Both the position numbers and the translations under genes were made by a program. A stretch of 64,000 nucleotides of DNA, from positions 5,760,001 through 5,824,000 of the forward strand of contig OZ244587.1 of NCBI GenBank assembly GCA_965218095.1, given 5' to 3'. The number at the start of each line of letters is the position of its first letter. Position 1 is the stretch's first letter. Below, one piece after another: positions 58,741 through 64,000 of this stretch. The notes below the pieces were generated by a model. The model was not told the DNA's origin. It did no database searches and worked only from the letters and a program-made list of their open reading frames with translations. This DNA is from Candidatus Poribacteria bacterium (GTDB lineage: Bacteria > Poribacteria > WGA-4E > PCPOR2b).

Positions 58741-60648
58741 ATGGCAAAGAATCAAATCGTATCCATTGACATTGGAACGAACGCGATCAAGCTGGTACAA
58801 TTAGAACAAACCGCGTCAGGGATTCGCCTTGTGAGCGCAGGGGTTGAGGCATACCCCCGTCAAAGTGCGGTGGAAGAGATCGCAAATGAAACGATCTCCC
58901 GGACCTTGCAGCGTCTCTGGAAGAAGGTGCAAGGACGCAAGGTCCCAGTCGCGCTATCAATGCCTCGCCTGTTGGTTACCTCGCGTCGCTTAACCAACTT
59001 GCCAGCCGCTGCGACGGATGAACAACTCGACGGCTTGGTTACGATGCAAGCAGAAACAGAACTTCCCTTCAGGGTGGAAGAAGCAATCTACGATTACCAC
59101 GATGTGCGTCGTTCAGACAGCGGCGTGTCCATTGAGCTTATTGCTGCAAAGCGAGAGACTGTACAGCAACAAATCGACTATCTAAAGCCGCTGGGTATTG
59201 TGCCAAAAGCCGTGATCCCTTCGTCACTTGCAACCGGCGTGCTAGCCGGGATGCAACGACCAGGCCACGACAAAAATTCGTCGGACGGCATGACAATGGT
59301 TGTGGACATCGGCGCCGGGCGGACAGACCTGTGTCTAATGGCTGGAGATACGCCGTGTTTCTCACGCAGCTTTCCCATCGGTGGGAATCACTTGACATAT
59401 CTGTATCAAAGCGAAACGGGGGGTAACTATGAGTTTGCCGAGGGTCAGAAAATTACCAACGCGGCACTGGATCGACACTCTCAGAGTGCGGCGCCCACCT
59501 GCAAATGGGTGGATGGGCTTGTCTCAGAGTTGAGACGATCCATTGGCGGCGCAAAACGGGAACTTGATATCAATAGAGATACACTTGTCAGTGAAATCTG
59601 GCTTTGTGGCGGCGGTTCTCGGATTGCTGGGCTGGTAGATTATATCGCCGATCAGCTGCAGATTCCAGCCCGTCTTTGGAATCCGCTTGATGCATTCGAA
59701 GCGGTGGAGGACGAACAGCGATCCGACACCCAATCTGTTGACGGTTTCAGCAACACCTCCGGTCTTCAACCGGGGGTCTTCGATCTTGCAGTTGCATTGG
59801 GGCTCGGCGTCAATGCTTTGACTCATCAAATCTCCTTAGACCTCCTCCCGAAGGAAGAGAGAGCAAAGTTAACCCAGGCCGCACAGCGGAAGCGGACATT
59901 GACTGCCGTTGCTGCCGGAATAATTTTACTTGTGGGACTTGGGCTCAGTGGGTTGACATGGAGCAGAGCCCATCAGGTAAAAATTGCGGTCTTAGATCAA
60001 GAAATCAGAAACATCAGGCGAACTGAATCTAATGCCCGAAAAGCGTTAGTCAAAAACTTAGCCATCACTGATCTCTTGACGCCTCGCGTATCTCCGCTTG
60101 ATGTTTTGCGCGAATTGAGCCTGCGATTTGCCGATCGGACAAAAGTCGCTTGGAAAACGTTTAACATCAGCCGCCTTGATGACATTGAAAGGGCGAAAAT
60201 CACTTTTAATATCGAATCCAAATCGCATCAAGAAGTGAGTCAAATGATTAGTGGCATGGCGCAATCGGGCATATTTACGAACATCAAATCCGGACAGATC
60301 ACAAGTATTGAACGCAATAAAAAACCAATCTTTCAAGCACAAGTGACCTGTAATCTTGCGTCAGATGCTGCGCGAACCTTTGCCCAAACTCGCTATCTAA
60401 ACATGACCAGACCTCATCTAAATCGGGATGGAAAGCAGAAAGCAGACGAAACAGAAACAGAAAAAGTGTCGCAGGAGGACGGAAAATCGACAATCGACGC
60501 GCACGAATCATCAGATGAAACTTCCTTCGTCGAAGCTGAATCCCCTGAAGCCGATGCTGTCAAGGACGAATCTTCTGAAGTCAATGGTGTTGATGAGGGC
60601 GAATTTCCTGAATTCGATACTGAAGAAGATGATGAAGAGGAGAGGTAG
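58741..60648 (+). CDS. pilM: PilM actin-like ATPase domain fused to PilN-like TM/periplasmic region (GspL equivalent)
   Basis: SIDIGTNAIKLV; VVDIGAGRT; LCGGGS; ALGLG; then LDLLP + TM + PilN-like domain; acidic tail. Confidence 0.85.
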   Translation: MAKNQIVSIDIGTNAIKLVQLEQTASGIRLVSAGVEAYPRQSAVEEIANETISRTLQRLWKKVQGRKVPVALSMPRLLVTSRRLTNLPAAATDEQLDGLVTMQAETELPFRVEEAIYDYHDVRRSDSGVSIELIAAKRETVQQQIDYLKPLGIVPKAVIPSSLATGVLAGMQRPGHDKNSSDGMTMVVDIGAGRTDLCLMAGDTPCFSRSFPIGGNHLTYLYQSETGGNYEFAEGQKITNAALDRHSQSAAPTCKWVDGLVSELRRSIGGAKRELDINRDTLVSEIWLCGGGSRIAGLVDYIADQLQIPARLWNPLDAFEAVEDEQRSDTQSVDGFSNTSGLQPGVFDLAVALGLGVNALTHQISLDLLPKEERAKLTQAAQRKRTLTAVAAGIILLVGLGLSGLTWSRAHQVKIAVLDQEIRNIRRTESNARKALVKNLAITDLLTPRVSPLDVLRELSLRFADRTKVAWKTFNISRLDDIERAKITFNIESKSHQEVSQMISGMAQSGIFTNIKSGQITSIERNKKPIFQAQVTCNLASDAARTFAQTRYLNMTRPHLNRDGKQKADETETEKVSQEDGKSTIDAHESSDETSFVEAESPEADAVKDESSEVNGVDEGEFPEFDTEEDDEEER

Positions 60649-60659
60649 GAAAGCAGACC

Positions 60660-62132
60660 GTGAGAAAACTCACACAACGTGAAAGAATCTTACTCGCTGC
60701 CGTTGCCGTTGTTGCTGTCGTGGCTTTGTTTATGGCTATAGAGCCCACAATTCGTCAAAGCTTTTCAAGCGGCGAACTTGCCGTTAAGCGCAAGCAACTT
60801 CAAACGGCGCAGGATCTTGTCCAACTTGCCCAAATCACCAAAAGCACCCAGGAAAAAGTTCATAATCGAGTCGGCTTACAGGGACGGATTATCTCCGATT
60901 CATTGTTTAAGGAGATTTCAAACCGTGTTGACTTAGAAGCGCTCAATCGAGCGCCTGGAGCATCAGCGCTGGCAGCCCTACACCCCGCGCTTGAGGCGAA
61001 AGCAGAGACGCTGCTGGCTTATAAGAAGCAGCACGACAAATTTGAGAACTTCAACGTGCTAAAAGAGATTCGCGGACCGATTTTTGAAGGGGAGCAACCG
61101 CAGGCAGTAATTTCGCGACAAATTTCAAACCTTGCGCAAAAAGCGGGACTCCGACCAAATTATCAACTCAATATTAAGCCAATGCCGGGCAAAAAATCTG
61201 AAAAGTTCTCGACTCAAGCGAAGAAAAATCTGGTGCGCTACCTCTATTTGGACGAGTTAGCGGATGAACTGCAACAGTTGCAGGCGCAGCAAAAGGCTGC
61301 TAAGGAAAAAGAGGAACGGAAACAGATTGAGGCTGAAGAAGCGGTGATGGAGGCAATGTACGAAGCATGGTGGGGGAATGATGATGGCGATGCAGAGAAT
61401 AGCGATGAAGGATACACAGCAGAAACCGAATCAGACGTAGAGTTGGTCAAAGGTGAAATCGCCGAACCATCAGATTCGGAAGCCGATCGGCAAGATACGC
61501 CATTGCCTCCTGAACGTGTGCGACAGCAATCGAATCGGCAAGTTTCGCCCTTACTAGAGGTCATCCCTTTAATCTTGCGGATACAACTCATCCAATTTAT
61601 TCAATTCAATCTGAACCAGCAAATAGCTGGGGCACTGGAATTTAGGGAAGGATTCCTTAAAGCTCAAATTGACACAGAGACCATCAAAGCGCAGAGTGGA
61701 TTTTTCGGCATCGGCACTAAAAAGAGGACGACGCGAGTCAAGTTCAAGCCCAACAGCGTTCTTCTATCAAAGTTCGAGACGTTAATCAACCGTTATGAAG
61801 ATGAACAGGCTTACGATATGCCAAACGGGAAGGCGAAAGGTATGCTCGATTATGATCAGCAACTTCGCGCCCTTACCCAATATGTTGATCAGACTCTGGA
61901 ATGGCAAGAGCAACTTCAAAGTTGGTTTGAAAAAGTCCCCTCAACATATCAGCCACAGGTTTACACCGTTGATATGAACTTTAATGCCGAAATCGGTAAA
62001 ATTGTTCGGCTGATTCAATCCATCGAATCAACCGTGAAATGGTTACAGGTCAGAGATCTGAGGATCTCCATAGCGGATAAGAACAAGACGGTTATCGGTG
62101 CAAATCTCTCAATGCTCGCAGAAATCCTGTGA
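60660..62132 (+). CDS. PilO/GspM-like protein with insertions including an HhH-like module
   Basis: KLTQRERILL + TM; C-terminal FIQSIES..W.QVRDLRIS-like fold (LIQSIESTVKWLQVRDLRIS); position after pilM-N. Confidence 0.6.
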   Translation: MRKLTQRERILLAAVAVVAVVALFMAIEPTIRQSFSSGELAVKRKQLQTAQDLVQLAQITKSTQEKVHNRVGLQGRIISDSLFKEISNRVDLEALNRAPGASALAALHPALEAKAETLLAYKKQHDKFENFNVLKEIRGPIFEGEQPQAVISRQISNLAQKAGLRPNYQLNIKPMPGKKSEKFSTQAKKNLVRYLYLDELADELQQLQAQQKAAKEKEERKQIEAEEAVMEAMYEAWWGNDDGDAENSDEGYTAETESDVELVKGEIAEPSDSEADRQDTPLPPERVRQQSNRQVSPLLEVIPLILRIQLIQFIQFNLNQQIAGALEFREGFLKAQIDTETIKAQSGFFGIGTKKRTTRVKFKPNSVLLSKFETLINRYEDEQAYDMPNGKAKGMLDYDQQLRALTQYVDQTLEWQEQLQSWFEKVPSTYQPQVYTVDMNFNAEIGKIVRLIQSIESTVKWLQVRDLRISIADKNKTVIGANLSMLAEIL

Positions 62133-62141
62133 CAAATCGGT

Positions 62142-62984
62142 ATGCAAAAATTCTGTTTTCGCAAAGCAGATGGGAAGGAAGAGGCAGTGAACAAACAACA
62201 ACAGGGGCTGTTGTTTCGCATCGCCCTTGCACTATTATTTGTTGGAATTTCGCCGGCAAACGGTGATTCTGATGCATTTGTGGGTAAACAATTTAAGGAT
62301 TTCGACCTCCTCCCCTTCGCGAAGAAAATGCTCGAAAAAGAAGGCATCACAGTAGCAGATTTGAAAAACGATCCGGAACTTCGTAGAAAATGGCTAAAGA
62401 AATTCCAGGATAGACAACGCAAAAAGGAAGAAGATGCGAATTCGAGCTCTGCTCCACAAAAAGATTTCTATACAGTTATCATTGACAATAACCTGTTTCG
62501 TCCACTCGGGTACAGGAAAGAACCGGGGCCACCATTTGAACTGATCGCTACCGTCGTTGATCATGCAACAAGCAAGAGCAGAGCGTTAATCCGAAGCAAT
62601 GCGGATGGGAAGATTTACTATGTCGGGGTCGGAGAAAACTTTGCTGGCGCCAAAGTTGAAAAGATCGAATCTCTCAAAGTGACGCTGTTGTATCACGGAG
62701 AATCGAAGGAATTTCGTGCTTCAGAACAGAACTTTCTCAGCGGTGGGGGCAGCAACAAAGAAAAACAGCCCTCGGAGGAAGGTGAAAAACCTGCCCCAAA
62801 ACCTGAGCGAAAGAAGTTCAGAGACGATTCCAATCGCGGTATGATAGAGAAGATGCGGGAAAAGTTATCCGCCGAGGAACGTGAGAAAATCCGGTATAAG
62901 ATGATGGAGGAACGACGCAGGCGTGCGAGCGAAGGTGAGCGCCGGGGTGATCGTGGGCGCTGGAGAGGCGGTCGAGATCGGTAG
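62142..62984 (+). CDS. GspC/PilP-like protein
   Basis: TM leader; NLFRPLG; FELIATVV...ALI...YYVGVGE...AKVEKIE...VTL (T2SSC HR-like); located before gspD. Confidence 0.6.
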   Translation: MQKFCFRKADGKEEAVNKQQQGLLFRIALALLFVGISPANGDSDAFVGKQFKDFDLLPFAKKMLEKEGITVADLKNDPELRRKWLKKFQDRQRKKEEDANSSSAPQKDFYTVIIDNNLFRPLGYRKEPGPPFELIATVVDHATSKSRALIRSNADGKIYYVGVGENFAGAKVEKIESLKVTLLYHGESKEFRASEQNFLSGGGSNKEKQPSEEGEKPAPKPERKKFRDDSNRGMIEKMREKLSAEEREKIRYKMMEERRRRASEGERRGDRGRWRGGRDR

Positions 62985-63144
62985 AACATGGTCAGGTATT
63001 ATACGCATGCAGGTTATCACCTTGTGATTTCCAAATCGGGATGGATCGAGTCATCACGGAACCTTGATTTATAGCCTCCATGATTAGATTCGGTCATACG
63101 TTTCACATGTTACATCAAAAATCACTTCCGTGCAGGAGTAAAAT

Positions 63145-64000
63145 ATGAAAGTGGGCTTCAAGACAAATGCCTTCCAGCGATTAACCGGTTACACATTCCT
63201 GGCTCTGGGAATCTTTGTTGGGGGAATAACCACGATCGCTATAACACCTGTTTTTGCGCAGGACGATGGTCGGCAAGGCATGCAGGTCTCAGAGCGCGAT
63301 GAAGCGGGCAAAGCCATCAGATTTGATTTCGACTTCTCAAGTGGAAGTCTGCAGAGCCTAATCAAGTTCCTTAGTGAAGAAACAGATCTTGCGATCATCG
63401 CCTCCGAAAACGACATCAAGGAGAAGAAGTTTACCCTCACTAACCTCAAGAATGTGACAATTGAGGAGACATTGGAGGAAATTAAAACTGTCCTGGCGCA
63501 GTATGATCTGACTATGATCCGGACCAATAACACCATGCTGATCACGACATTCGAGAAAGCGGTGAAGATGAAGGTGCCGGTCAAGCGAATTACAGCGGAT
63601 GCAAATCTGGTTGAGCAAACCGATGAAATCCAGACATACATCATTCAATTGAATAATGCCGTCGCCTCCGAGCTGGTAGGAGGTATCAGGCCGCTACTTA
63701 ACAAGGCTGCGAATATTTTTGCGGATGGCACCAGTAACTCTCTGGTCATTACCGATGTCGCGTCCAATATTCGTCGTATTGCAACCATCTTACAAGCTGC
63801 CGATGAAGCGCCGGAAATCCCGCTCAAGGTGGAGGTTATTCCATTGGTTAATGCCACGGCGAGATCGCTTGCCCAAACCCTGAATGAATTCTTCCGTGAG
63901 GAAGGGAGAGTGAACAGCCTCCTCAGAAAGATGAGCGGTGCGAGTAAGCCTGAAGATATGGAGAAAATGATGGAATACGCCAAAGAAACGGGCACAGGGA
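63145..64000 (+). CDS. gspD: Secretin GspD, N-terminal part (runs off window; absent from ORF track)
   Basis: RBS AGGAG, ATG 63145. Manual translation gives signal peptide VFA|Q, N0 domain (FDF...LQSLIKFLSEET) and N1 repeat (TYIIQLNNAVASEL...SNSLVITDVASNIRRIATIL). Confidence 0.85.
   Translation, partial: MKVGFKTNAFQRLTGYTFLALGIFVGGITTIAITPVFAQDDGRQGMQVSERDEAGKAIRFDFDFSSGSLQSLIKFLSEETDLAIIASENDIKEKKFTLTNLKNVTIEETLEEIKTVLAQYDLTMIRTNNTMLITTFEKAVKMKVPVKRITADANLVEQTDEIQTYIIQLNNAVASELVGGIRPLLNKAANIFADGTSNSLVITDVASNIRRIATILQAADEAPEIPLKVEVIPLVNATARSLAQTLNEFFREEGRVNSLLRKMSGASKPEDMEKMMEYAKETGTG

Overview
A 64 kb bacterial window, most likely from Candidatus Poribacteria (inferred from protein motifs and gene content, not from a marker gene). 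It has five parts. (1) 1-23.5 kb: an island of secreted repeat proteins. It holds two tandem giant TPR paralogs with a shared scaffold but different C-terminal modules (LamG plus a PA14/GLEYA-like domain in one, a TlpA thioredoxin in the other; the second gene is split by one in-frame TAG), a lipoprotein, a TolB/PD40 propeller, an FG-GAP/ASPIC/cohesin protein, and two orphan fragments of the first giant's C-terminal domain. (2) 23.5-35.8 kb: a DUF3782 nuclease-fold gene, then a MoxR-DUF58-vWA operon interrupted by an M.PvuII-like methyltransferase plus HNH nuclease and two secreted proteins. (3) 36-40 kb: an internally duplicated UxaA-family dehydratase and a PhyH dioxygenase. (4) 40.4-49.4 kb: a decaying four-gene candidate defence operon (unknown protein, two BrxD/DUF2791-like ATPases, Lhr-like helicase), then LysR, FIST and ATP-grasp genes. 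(5) 49.7-64 kb: a type II secretion/pseudopilus operon (gspEFGHIJK, pilM-N, pilO/gspM-like, gspC-like, partial gspD) with extra ComEA-type HhH modules, heptamer repeats inside the prepilin leaders and a type II R-M pair inserted. I saw no rRNA, tRNA or CRISPR array. All family assignments come from motif recognition by eye; no database search was run.
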